Made by a program: the position numbers and the translations under genes
Part shown: in pieces, positions 1 to 12,900 of the stretch
Position numbering within the stretch: position 1 is the first letter of the stretch
Layout: each line of letters opens with the position of its first letter
Origin: Phoronis australis
Taxonomy: Eukaryota > Animalia > Phoronida
Length of the DNA stretch: 64,000 nt
Assembly (NCBI GenBank): GCA_002633005.1
Contig: NMRA01000053.1
Location: 1,163,322-1,227,321, forward strand
Direction of reading: 5' to 3'
Notes under the pieces: generated by a model
Told to the model about the DNA's origin: nothing
Seen by the model: the letters and a program-made list of their open reading frames with translations, nothing else
The model's database searches: none

Positions 1-328
1 TATTACGCTTGAGACCAGGCTCAAGTTTGTAACTGCGTCTCATTTCATGTGCGTTTTTTGCAAACAGAAATCACTTGGCAACTGACTGTGGAACAAGTTG
101 ATGCCTAGTTGACATGACTGTAGCGGTAAGTGGCCTAAATAGTTCGCTTCGTCGGTGGCCGGAACACGCGCGGACCGGGTTAATAGCCGATTTAAGGAAT
201 GAAATAGATCTAGTGCATTAATTAGAATACTCAGTTTGTTAATGAGTAAATTTGTTGGACAATTAGAGAATTCGTTTGTTAGTGAGTTAAAACCAGTGCA
301 CTCATTTCTACCGAGAGTGTAGACTCAC

Positions 329-409
329 CAGGCGATCGGAATAGTCATCATGCTGACTGTAGTGGCCTGTGGCTGACGACATCATTAAACCTTCTTCACT
401 CGGGAACAT
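329..409 (-). CDS. Possible first coding exon of a neighbouring minus-strand gene (MFPSEEGLMMSSATGHYSQHDDYSDRL)
   Basis: AAAC-ATG context, 27 open codons ending at a GTGAGT donor (323-328), upstream ctttcag acceptor (447-453); no homology recognised. Confidence 0.3.
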
Positions 410-1881
410 GTTTTACGATGGGCACTGGGAGGGAATAAAATCTCGTCTGAAAGCTTTCTGGATACTGCGTTGCCTACAAGAGGTTTACAGTTTTTTGATG
501 GCGTCTTTATGACTGTGATAAATGTACGTAAACTAAAAGGTAAAACTACAAACTGCGCGAATTATGCTCACTTTTGTTAACCAAGAACTGAACTAAACAA
601 CGCTAATAAGACATTAAATTGGTGTAATATCGTGGCACACTTTCTACGCTTCTATTAGGAGCTCCGTTCTAATGAGCCTTGTTCCATAAAGGAAGATATT
701 AGCCGTGCAACGTCACAAATTGCCTTCAATACTGGCAAGGGATCCAACAGCGTGGCTCTACAGCTCTACAGAATCAGTAAAACACGTAACTGAACAATAT
801 TTTTCCAATTTGTAATTTACTTTATAATCAGCAAACGCTGACGTCGATGAATACAAAACAAAAAAGTAAAACACAGACACACAAGCCCAAAAGAAAAATG
901 TTTCTCGAACACATTGGCGTCTTCAGGGTTCTAAGATCCTTGCCGAAATGCAGAACGGTTCCAGCAGTGAAATTAATTCTTTAATTTCAATTCTGCTTTG
1001 TGGAGGCATTGACCAGGAGCTGGACAATACTGTGTCTTTTTAAAAAAATCTCGTTCTTATGGTGATGGCATTCACTCAATAGGATTTGAACATTACATCT
1101 TTTTACGCAAAATCCCAAGTTCACGATTTCCACGAAAGACAGTTTTGTGTTAATAACACAGCTAGCAACATGTAACATTGAGCAAATCTTACCTATACCA
1201 AAGTCTAGGACGGTATCTAGGCAAATCACGTCGCGTGGGTAATCTATACTCAGTTTTTACGTTGCGAATACATAATGCAGACATAACTATTATCGCTTGT
1301 CGCGAGGTGCTTAATTTTAATGGTGGCTATTGAACTTTACATTTACACGTGGTGCGATTATAAATGTTTTGTCACTCCGGGATTAACACATGAGTGGTAA
1401 ATACTTTGGCGTTTTTTGGTATAGACGCAGATAGACTTTTAAATACGCAGGATATATACATTGTATACGAAAGTTTGACGGCCTGCCGCGTAAGGTTGAT
1501 GTTATATTTCGTTTTAGCTGTGAATCAAAACGCGGAATTTCACTGAAGCAACTGTTGCTTGTTGAGTCGAAACAAGGTGTTCTTACCTGTGATAAAATTT
1601 CTACTCGCTTATATGTACTGCTATGCCATCAGACATATGGAGCGCATAAGCGACTGGCCAATATAGGTTTGTTCTTTGTTGTGTACATGTACATATGGCA
1701 CACATCACGGGGTTAATAAATTTGATTTATAATAGAAATTAAGCTAAATAGTCACTATGAATTATTCCGTTCTATTGAATAAGTAATAAGTTGAATAAAC
1801 TCTGCGTAAGAGAATTTCACCCATTACAAAGCCTTGTGTTTGTATTTTAAACACTTCATTATATGGCGCTGTAATGATCGC

Positions 1882-1927
1882 GCTATGCGGTAGCGTGTTG
1901 GCAAGCTATGCGGTAGCGTGTTGGCAA
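1882..1927. repeat. 23-bp perfect tandem duplication
   Basis: GCTATGCGGTAGCGTGTTGGCAA x2. Confidence 0.85.
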
Positions 1928-2062
1928 GACGGCTGTTCGCTTAGTTGGCCAACTGCCTATGAATTTATTTATACCGAAGCACTGACATGCGCCTTGTCTC
2001 TTCATTTAAAGTATTGAAAGCATGGTTTTGTATCACACAAACATGTATTTGGTTAATTGTAG

Positions 2063-2650
2063 TAGTGGCGTATCTAGGATATTATGAGGGGGGAGCAACA
2101 TTTGTCTGGGGCAATTGAACAAAGCACGATTGGTTGCGAGAGCGCAGCGCCTGAAAGAAAGATGGGGAGGGGGGGGGGGGCAGTCGACAGTTGACATTCG
2201 AGTGTCTAAAACAAACGGAGGACTAAAATAAATTTTAAAAAACCAAAAGCGGTTGCGCAGGTCATGGGGGCCTCGGGACGGACACTTAAAATGGAGTGTT
2301 AACCTCCCTCAGCCGCTTGTTAATAATTGTTCAACTCAATGTTTCCTTAGGCTCTTGCTGTTTTATTTTTTTGCGGCAACCAAGGGGGGGGGNNNNNNNN
2401 NNNNNNNNNNNNNNNNNNNNNNNNNNNNNNNNNNNNNNNNNNNNNNNNNNNNNNNNNNNNNNNNNNNNNNNNNNNNNNNNNNNNNNNNNNNNNNNNNNNN
2501 NNNNNNNNNNNNNNNNNNNNNNNNNNNNNNNNNNNNNNNNNNNNNNNNNNNNNNNNNNNNNNNNNNNNNNNNNNNNNNNNNNNNNNNNNNNNNNNNNNNN
2601 NNNNNNNNNNNNNNNNNNNGGGGGGGTGCTGGGACCCCCTAAATCTGCCT
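2063..2650. mobile_element. GC-rich MITE-family copy spanning a gap
   Basis: Starts TAGTGGCGTATCTAGG, G-runs, ends CCCCTAAATCTGCCT; shares CTCTTGCTGTTTTATTTTT..GCGGCAACCAAGGGG with 46207-46290. Confidence 0.5.
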
Positions 2651-3129
2651 TTTTTAGTTATATGGGCTAATAATCTCGTTCGCCTTTATGTCACAACATT
2701 TTCAACATGACTTTGAAACGTCACAGTCTCGTAACGCAGTCACCGCTTTAAACAGTGGGTCATCATATATTGGTTTAAAGGAGATCTGTTTAGAAGTAGT
2801 AATACGACCACCAGAATAATACCAACAACATATCAATATAAATTGTAATAACAATCTGTCCCCAGGCTGAATTGAATTTATACGTCATTTCAGAATAAGA
2901 CATAATAACAATTAACAGCTTTAAAGTATATATGTAATAAACGTCTTTGCTTGTACCCAGACTTAACAGTGACATTTGAGAAATTGCCTAGGAACATGCT
3001 GAAATATTGGTTTCAATCCTTCTAGTCTGACGGTCAGAGATTTCAGTGTATAGATATATTATAGATATTATTAAGAAATAGATTCGTTTTCGTGAATGAA
3101 CCGTAATCAAATACAAAATGCAACTCATC

Positions 3130-3414
3130 TTCAACTGAGTGTTAGTCAAAACATACACATATCCTGTCATTTACACGGAGTGACCATTCAACTGAGTGTT
3201 AGTCAAAACATACACATATCCTGTCATTTACACGGAGTGACCATTCAACTGAGTGTTAGTCAAAACATACACATATCCTGTCATGTACACGGAGTGACCA
3301 TTCAACTGAGTGTTAGTCAAAACATACACATATCCTGTCATTTACACGGAGTGACCATTCAACTGAGTGTTAGTCAAAACATACACATATCCTGTCATTT
3401 ACATAGAGTGACCA
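3130..3414. repeat. 57-bp minisatellite, 5 copies
   Basis: TTCAACTGAGTGTTAGTCAAAACATACACATATCCTGTCATTTACACGGAGTGACCA x5, near-identical. Confidence 0.95.
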
Positions 3415-6400
3415 GTTTCTACATGTCGGAAAAAAGTTACAGCTTTTAGTCCAAACTAACTTTTACATAGTGTTTGTGCTTTTTGCTATTTAAAAGAAAG
3501 GCAACTTAGATTTGGCTACTATAGATTCAGTTCATACATTTTCTAGCGTTCGGTTTCATTCCCACATCACTTATCTTAAGTTGTTACAACATCAACTTTT
3601 AAAACAAGACAGAACACCAACTGGTCAGGAACTTCTTCAGGATTTCCTCACCGCTAGAGGCCCCGGAACGAGGTTACAACTACAGCGTTCGCGTAACGAC
3701 CGATCGACCGTCTCATCTGCCGTCAGAGGAAAATCTGGGGAACGCACGTCATACGCCTGATCTACTTTTATATTATCAGCCATGAAATCAGACGCAGATC
3801 TGCCGTCAAACCATGAGTTTGTGGAAACCTTTTGGTGCCGGATGTCACTGCGCCTTGGCAAGTTAGCATTTTTCACTTTAAATCGTTGCATTCTTGCCTT
3901 AGGTCACTTACCGTGAGGGTTGTGTAATGGGTCTCAAATAGTTCCTTGGAACTGACCACTTGTTTTTTTTTTCAAAGCTCATAAAATTTTCGGTCACGGG
4001 GTGACATGATTGATTTAGTTCTAAGGAAATAACAAATTAAAAAACTAGGGGGTTTTCAATTTATACTCATTGCAAAAACTATTTTAAGTTGGTTTCAAAT
4101 CCAGGCACCCAATTTTCACATCGAGGCTGGTCTTTTGTTCGGCGTCTCCGGTTTCGGGGGCCATTTATCTACCACGACTCAAATTCTGTTACTATAGGAC
4201 CATGAGCCGAGCTGCACTGTGCCCTCATCAGTCGAAATCTAAAGCACCTTTGGCTTTGTTCTGCTAAAATTATCCTGACAATTATATCTTTTCACGACGA
4301 ATTGAATTTCAAAATCTTTGGCTAAACAGCGCGTAAAAACATTTTTGCACCCATTAATTCAAACCTTGAGCATCCTTGACTTTCTTCGGTTAAAATTATC
4401 CCAACAATTATATCTTTTCTCGAAGGTGTGAATTTCAGACGTCAAACAGCGCGAAAAAGACGTTTTGGTGCACGATAGAAAATTTTATTTTGTCAATGTT
4501 TTATTACCATAAAAACAAAAATGATGCGGCAATGGTCCTGCTTCACATAAAGGGACCTTAGACGGACAAATGGTGAATGACTTTCTAGTTAATCTATTGA
4601 CGATGTTCAAGGACGTGGGAGAAAAACGTCCAAGTTAGCCCGCTGTCGCCGAGTAGGCAGCGAAGATATGCGTGTATCATTTTTAATTGCCGCTGTAACC
4701 CGATTCCACCAAGCGTCTGAGAACGGCATGGCACCTGCTGCACTCCACTATATACATGTAGCCTAGTTGTACGTCTGCCTGTCCGGGTCATCGCGTTGTA
4801 GGCTCATCGTAAGCTGAGTGATGTACGTCACTCCCCCGCAGTTGGCTATAAGAAATTAAAATACAATTTCCTGACTTATATTTGGAAAAGTTGCCTAGAC
4901 TGATAAGGGTTCCCTACATACGGACTGTTATTTAGGATACTCAGTCAAGTAGCTGCATGAGGACAAAAAACCCTTGTTATTTATCATGTAGTTAGACAAA
5001 TGTACACTGTGAGGGACAAGGTTTGGACCAGAGCTCCCAAACCGAACTAATTCCATTTTTTAAATTGGAAACTCAAAATCAGTGCTTTAAGCATTTTGAC
5101 CGGACTGAGAAGATCCCAATCATTTGGGTTGCTAGGGCAGCCTGTCGGTGAGGCTACTTGAAGACATTTTTCCGTCCACCAGTCATATGAGCCATTTGTG
5201 AAAAGATCGGACTTAAATTGTCTGCCATTGTACGACGGATATGCCAGCCGGCCGAGGGACTTGTTTTGTAGTCTCTGCTTGCCAGTGGACAACGACGTTA
5301 GCTCCCTTTCTCGTGTTTCTGGGAACAAGTTCTCGTGTTGGAGCTCTTCTGTACTTGGAGGTTCATACGCAACTATTCAGTGGGTCGCCGATATCTCGTG
5401 ACAACAATACACACATGTGATGACTTATCAGTAATCAGGTTATGTAGGTTCAACCTGAATTCTAGTTCCACTTGAGTCATCGAATTGTTCACAGGTAAAT
5501 ATAACTCGTTTGCTAATAAGCCTCGCCATCATATTCTAGTCTCATCCCAACTTGAAGCCTCGAATAGTGGAAGGGTTCATCATCGCTCGTTCTGGATTGG
5601 TTACGTAATTAGGCCTACTACTGTGTATTTTGTGTTCTCGAGTGTGTACTTACTCTGACCACCTGATCATCATATCTATTTCTTTAGTGCCCACATCTAT
5701 GGTGCCCACTACATATCCTCTCAGCTCTCGCCTGAACTTTTGTAGAAATTACCGAAACTCACCTTTTGAGTCCTGTAGCTGTAGCCAGTGTAGCGACGTT
5801 TAATGACTCATCAATATTTTTCTCATTTGGTTCAGCTTTGATGAACTACCCCCTAGCATCCAAACTATTAGGCAATGGGCAGCCCGATTGAGCAAGTGCC
5901 CATTGAAACTAAATGGAAGTGATTTAAATGCCTTATATTAGCACGACATATACGCAAGTCATATGCTGAATATCGGATGCAAATGGTTGGAATCTGTCAG
6001 AGACAGCTGTTCAATTGGCAAAAATGGGAGGCCTACAGTAAAAATTTTTTAGTTTGGGACAAAAATAATTGCTAAAATTGCCATATTTCTATTTCCAGAG
6101 GCTTACCACATTGTTGCAAATGCTCAAAATTTTACGAAGCATTGTTTGGTAACTAACTTAGTTACACCATACAAACCAAATGCTAAAAGCATTTAGTGAA
6201 TTTTCATAAAAAGTTATTTTTGTTGAAGTGTTAACAAAATGAAATTTCTCCTGTACAACATATTGTGTCCCAAACTGTCAAAAAAATTCTGTTTGCAGTG
6301 ATTCGCCAAAAATTGCAAGTGCTCGAAACTTTGGCCGACAATTTTGCTGACTCATAAGAAGGCAAAATGGCATTGTGTCAACAATTTTGTCCATTTTGAT

Positions 6401-6639
6401 CATTGAAGCGGCACATAAGAAAAAAATCTTAGTGTTGTTAATCAGACCTGCAGACTAACTAAGCTAAATATAGTTTGACTTGCCCTTAAGTCTGCTTATG
6501 TTGAGAAATTTGAGCATCGAGTTGTCCATTTGCTCAATTTACTGTTCTTATTTTGCTGCAATTTTGAATGACATTTTTTAATCACCATTTTCTCTCACTC
6601 AGGGAGAATCCTCTGTATCAATTGGGTAAGGATTCAAGT

Positions 6640-6799
6640 CGGGCGGATCAAGGATTTTTTAAGGGGGGACGTCGGATCAAAGATTTTTTTAAAAGGGGTA
6701 TTGAATCCAAGTCAACAATTTGAAAATTTGATATTCACTGAAATCAAGGGACGGGGGGGGGGGGGTCTGGAACCCGTGATCCCCCTGGATTCACCTATG
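6640..6799. mobile_element. GC-rich MITE with 5-bp TSD
   Basis: Ends GGGCGGATC / GATTCACCT, internal G-runs, TSD CAAGT at 6635-6639 and 6800-6804. Confidence 0.65.
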
Positions 6800-6832
6800 C
6801 AAGTGGTAAATGTTTTCTTGTATAGGCCTACA

Positions 6833-6973
6833 ATGGTGGAACCAGAAGACTCTGCTGGGGAAGATACACCGCTGCTGTCTAGTGGTAGAAGTTTACGTAA
6901 CGGACGTCGAGGATTTGAGATTGCAGCCGGGCAGGTGGCAATACCGGACGGAGAGAAAAAGTCAGATGGATCC
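6833..6973 (+). CDS. Nramp: NRAMP coding exon 1 ([15 protein letters not shown]...DGS)
   Basis: Acceptor ttcttgtatag ends at 6825, ATG at 6833, donor GTAAGG at 6974; phase 0 matches exon 2. The VAIPD..FSFKKLW junction resembles NRAMP N-termini. Implies an upstream non-coding exon. Confidence 0.8.
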
Positions 6974-9900
6974 GTAAGGGAATAGTTCTCGTTATGGCAT
7001 GTTTATGGGGTGTCGCTTACACACTGGGCCAAACTTTCCTAGAAGAAATCTGATTTAGAGCCCAAACACTTAAAAATTGACACCTTCAATCCTTGATATA
7101 TTGGCTTCATTTCAGTCAGTAGTTTAATATTGTATTGCTCTCATCCACTTTCCTAGTCTCCATTGTTGGTAACTTCATCATGAATTTCTGTTTTTTCCTG
7201 ATGATGATTTTAGATTAGAAGCGAAACACTCACTGTGAACTTGTTTGTATCTAAATGTTGCTAAATTTTCTTGACCTCTAATTTTTTGATTGAATGATCA
7301 AGTGAACATTTTGTTTCAGTTTAAGTTCAGTTTCAAGAAGCTGTGGGCATTCACTGGGCCAGGTTTTCTAATGAGTATAGCCTACCTAGACCCGGGAAAT
7401 ATTGAGTCGGATCTTCAGTCTGGAGCTATTGCCAAATATAAGGTAATGGTTATTGTCTTATTATGGAACGTTTTGCTATTTATTTTGTAATAAACTTTGC
7501 ATTGTTTATTTACTTCAAATTCATTGTGTTTCCTTTGTTTTTGACACTGGCTGTAGTCTGGGTGAACTGGCATTACATTGATCTGTCTTCTTCAAAATAT
7601 GGTCTTCTAAACTTTCAATGTTTTGTGCTGGTGGTAAAGGAAAATTGAAGGTTTCTAAGAAGTCCACAACTTTTGCCATTTTTCATACGACGTTGTGCCA
7701 CCATTATTATTATTATTAATTTTATTACTTATTCTTATTGTTTTTTTGGCATCTACCTTTTTGCGCCAAACAGCTTCAAGGGTTATTATGAAACCAGACA
7801 GGTGTCTTTCTTCGACAAGGGCCTGATTTAACATTGCTTTTCTGACTGCTGTGGTGGTACCCTAGTGGTCTCTAGAAACACAGTGCTTGTGTTGTAGAGG
7901 GGCACCTTGTGTTACTCTTTTTTCTTTTAACATATTTTTGGGATTTGTAGAAGTAATCCTGGTATGTCATGCTCACCCATTTTTGGGTTATTCATCTTGA
8001 TTTTAAGAATGTTGCATTTTGCTTGTGGTTGCTACCCATTTCCATATCGCTGTTATTACTGTAAAAGTATATTACTTTCAATTCTAAAATATACGTCTTG
8101 CCATCTGTCTGTCTGCTTTATGTCTGTCCGTCTTTGATTGTATGTATTCGTGCGATTATCTTTTACCATATACCACTAATTAGGTCACATTTTGCTCCTA
8201 AAGGAACTATTCTAAAGCTTGTTTATGAATAACAACTGCATCTTAAACTAATAACCTTTAACCTTGCTTCATTGATAGCTGTTATGGGTTCTGATGTGGT
8301 CTACTGTGCTGGGTCTTGTCCTACAGTTACTAGCTGCCAGACTTGGAGCTGTTACAGGTAAGTCCTCAGCAATAAGGTCACACCACATGCACCATGTAAC
8401 CAGCATAATCTTTTGCCACAGGATCACCAACATTTTGTAGATATGAGTGTTAAGGCCCCAGTGGTAACGAGCTTAGATATTTCTGCTACGAGTTTGTCTG
8501 TGCTGCGGTGATTTTGAGAAAGAATTAACGGCAAAGCACGACAATTTGGATGTCTGAAACCAATCATTATTGCAAGGATTCACATGCTAACCCTTCCCTG
8601 TATGGACAAAGACCTGGCAATGCATTCGTGACTTACTTAGTTCCCCTCGAGCTTGAGTTTATCTGTTGTGGAGTACACTGGGCCTGTGCATCTGTTTGTG
8701 AAACTTCTGTGAAAAATCACAGAGCAGGTTTTTGAAATGGTGTGTTATTGACGCTTGGCTTAAAAAGTTACACGGTGACGTTTATTCTATATAATATCAG
8801 TTATTATGGAAAATAATAACAGTGCACAAAAGACAAGCATAAAACACCGATATATAATACTCACATGCAATGAAAGCTACCTGTCATTGCCAAATATTTA
8901 CACATGACCTTTTCACCTGTTTATAGTGCCAGCATTGCTTTGTTATCAAAAACATTTGCAAGCTTCAACTTGATTTGTTTATGATCTGCCGACTTGAGTG
9001 AAATATTATCACTTTATGTAAACTGTTAACGTTGGTTAGCTCTTAATCTTATCTGTATTGACTGCGGCACCTGACCATATCAGATAATTTGATTAATACA
9101 CCCTGACCTCTATCAAAGTGTTAGATGGTTATCTGTAAACAGCTCATGATACTCTATTTGCATGAGTATGTATCATACTGTTGGAATATGATTGAACAAG
9201 AGAATCTATTAGTGAATGGGGCAATTTGACACTAATCCTCAATTCCTTGCAAATTATCTATTAAGGCTAGGTAGGACCCTTAGAAAATTCCAGTTTGGCT
9301 AAGTTCAGAATGTCATATCTCAGAAGTGATGTTTTGGATCATGATGGCATTCTCTCGTTCAGCGACTTTACCAGACGTAGAGGGTTGTGAGCGTGTGATA
9401 ACATCTAGCTCCTTTGTTAACCGCCAAGCACGATCTTTTGTCTGGTATGACAACAGGCAGGCCAATTATCTACCAGGCTTATTACAGACCACCTGTGAAC
9501 ACAGTCAAACCCAGAGCAAATTGGTATATGTTCGAAAAGAATAGATTTTCGTAATTTCGGTAGTAGTTGGGCGATTTTGGCAATTCTAAAACTAAACATG
9601 ATCAGCATTTGACGAGGATTTCAGAAATGCTATTTGTTTATGTTCAGATATGTTATAACTTAACTTTTATTTTTAACAGCACAGCCCAGTCAGGCTAGCT
9701 ACGATCTTATTGGAGATTAGAGCAATTATCGAACAAAAGAGAGCTGGCCCTCCAACCATAAATGCCAGAATGGAGTTAAGCAGTTGTGTAAGATATTGGC
9801 CACAGGGGTCATCTTCCCAACTTCAAACAAGTTGGGAGCAACGGGGAAAATGCCATAATGATGATATGAAACTTTCACATGCCATGATTTATGTGTTATT

Positions 9901-12900
9901 CTCTAAACCGCTGGTAGGAATTGTTTCTCAAAATTTCCACAGGTATGAGGGCTATGAAATTGGACCTAAACCTTTATTTCCACTAAAATTGGGTCATGTG
10001 ATTGGTACCATTGTTTTGATTGGAACGTACCTTTCATCTTTGAAAAATATTTGCTTGACACAATCAATGACATAAACGTATAAAGTTAAATTCGAAATTC
10101 GTTGTCTTTCCATTTTCAGAAAATTTGTAATTATACTTAGTTAATTTCAATAGTGTTGTAAATATTTGGCTAATATGCGTAGACTTGTTGATTAGGTCTT
10201 TCATAACCCTATGAAAAAACTTTTGATATGAATCTTTGTCGAGACGAAAGTCCACAATGTGAAATCATTTCTAAGGGGCATTTCTATTCCTTGAATCTTC
10301 TATCTGCTTGGTTATCTTTATCTCTGATATTTTTTTAATTAATTTATTTTAAACTAATTTATTTTTAATTAATTTATTTTTCATGATGCTGTTTTGCATT
10401 ACCTTGTTGTTTGCTTTATAGCCGACATTTACAGTGTCTTGTAAATAAATGGTCCGAGGCCAAATCTAGCAAAATTTTGTTTATTTAGCCATGTAGGTAT
10501 GGCTTTGACATTATTACGCAATGCCAAAAACGAATCATTATTTTTCCTTACATCAATCCTTTTTCAACATCCATAACAGAGCCTGGTATTTTATTTTGTG
10601 GAGCTAGATTTTGATGAAAAATATTGAAAGCGCATTTTCTGTCCTTTTTCCTTCTGGACTGACATGTGATTTTACTGCTTAGGTATTGTCAAATGCAACA
10701 AAGCTCTTCTGATCGCCAAAAGTTGTCTCTTGCCAATAATTTTTTCAGTCTGTTTTTGACGGAGTGTAGTATTTTTCCCATCCAACATAGTGTAACAATA
10801 AACTTTCCGGAAACATCAAAAATTCGCTTTTACCAGGAGCAGCCTAGAACTGTGTGTCATGAACTCAAGCTTTCACTAAAATTCCGCATGTTATAACCTT
10901 GACAGCCTTTGAGATCTATAACAGTCATGAGGTTAATTGGACTAATGCAGCGCAAAATAATTGAAGAATGCGACTTAAGTTGTTGTTGTGGATACAATGC
11001 TGTTATCTCCAGTTAGTTCCTGTACATCTCTATGTGTTGTGTGTTGTAGGCTTGCATCTGGCCCAGGTGTGTTATAGTGAGTACCCCCGTGTGCCGCGCA
11101 TCGTCATCTGGCTCATGATGGAGATCGCCATCATAGGTAGCGATATTCAGGAAGTGATCGGATCTGCAATTGCTATTAATCTGCTGTCTTCCAACAAGTA
11201 GGCAAACAAAAATGTTTTTTCATAAAAGTGATATTATTATGTACTCCTATATACATGTTGGCAGGTATTGCTGTCGTCTCTGTCTGAGCATCTGTGCCCA
11301 GTTGCATTAAACAGTCCCGAGTAGAGACTCTACTAATTTTCCTGCTGCCTATTGGTGGGCTTGTGCAAACACTAATTGTCCTTTCTTAATATGCTGTTTG
11401 TGTCTCATTTCCAAAGTCGACTTTATTGGCTTTGATACAAATTGAGAGTGAGCTCTATGCTGAATTCTCAATAGTAATGAAAATAATTAGGGATATTTTC
11501 ATGCAACGCCCCATTAAGGACTAGGTCCCTAATTATTGTGACTCAATTAAGTGCCCAGTTTTTAATTAGAAAAGTTCATTAGTCAAAGAGGATCTCCTAA
11601 TTAAGGTAAATTGTTAGAAAAGTTTAGCTAACGTCTGTGAGTACAGAATGAAACAAAGGGTTTAAGGACTTTGTTGAATCCTTATTTGGGACTGTTTCAT
11701 GCAACCGGGCACTGGCATCCACTGCTATGTATCCTAAATCTCTTGTTGGATCTTCATTAAACAGTGCTACTGTCTCGACTGGCTGCAGTAGAGACGGTAG
11801 CCTTCCCATAAGCTCTCAATATGCTGGAAGTTTTTCGGCAAATTATGCCTCACACTGATTAAACCATAGTCATGTTGTAAAAGTACCTTGTGCGCAGAGA
11901 CACCATAGGAAACTGTTGATGTCTTGAACACTTCCCAGCTAGAACAAATAGTCGCACAATCAGTTTTTTGAACAGTCCTTTGTTCAGTTGCGTTAATTGG
12001 CAACTAGCTATTTTTTATATTGCTTGCGCTAGGCGATAGACTGATCTATATGGTGCCCTCAAGTGGCAATTTTGTTTCTGCCTTTATATCTACTTTTTGG
12101 GGAATATGAAATCAGTATCCCCAACTGGCATGGGATCATGATGATCGTAATTGGTGCTTATACTGTCACATTCCTGCTGTCAATATCCCCATCTAGGCTG
12201 GGGGTCATCTTAATTGGTGCTGATACTCTCATATTTTTAATGTCAATATCCCCATCTGGGCTGGGGTCATGTTATAATAATTATTTTTTAATTTATTTTT
12301 TAATATTAGAACATTTACCTAGAAATCACTTTTGCATTACATCCAGGTTCTCATTCACTGTCTTGCATTACATTCAGTAAGACTAAGCTCTGAGGAGTTG
12401 ACGACACCTGTATGCAAATATCTGCCAGTAAAGCCAGGATTTGAACCAGAGTTTCACAAACCAGAGTCCAACGCTCAAACCGCTGCACCACAGTGTCTTC
12501 TTAAGTGGTGCCAGTGCTCTCATATTCCAACTTCCAATTATCCACTCTTGGCTAGGGTCATGTGACCCGGTGCTACTCTTCGTGATCCCTATCTGGGCTG
12601 GGGTCATCATTATACTGGTGCTGGTATCGTAACATTCTAACCATCACAGTCCCCATCTGGGCTGGAGTTGTCATCACTGGAGCTGGTGATGTCACATTGT
12701 ATTTCCATCTGGGCAGAGGCCGGTCATCATAACTGATGCTGATAACCTTTACAATTCTAACTTTAATGATCCCATTTGGGCCAGGACTCAATCAATAATA
12801 CCCATTATATCTTTCAGGATTCCCATTTGGGCAGGGACACAATCAGTACTACCCCATCTTTCAGGATCCCCATTTGGGCTGGGACTCAATCAATACTACC

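Noticed and set aside
2253-2670. ORFs spanning N gaps (also 13577-14589 and 37740-38233)
   Set aside because: Open only because of runs of N.
3096-3449. 117-aa His/Cys repeat ORF, or CRISPR-like array
   Set aside because: Arises from a 57-bp (3n) tandem repeat with no unique spacers, no cas genes and a eukaryotic context.
4247-4467. Two-copy degenerate ~125-bp repeat
   Set aside because: Real but old and uninformative; no element boundaries could be defined.
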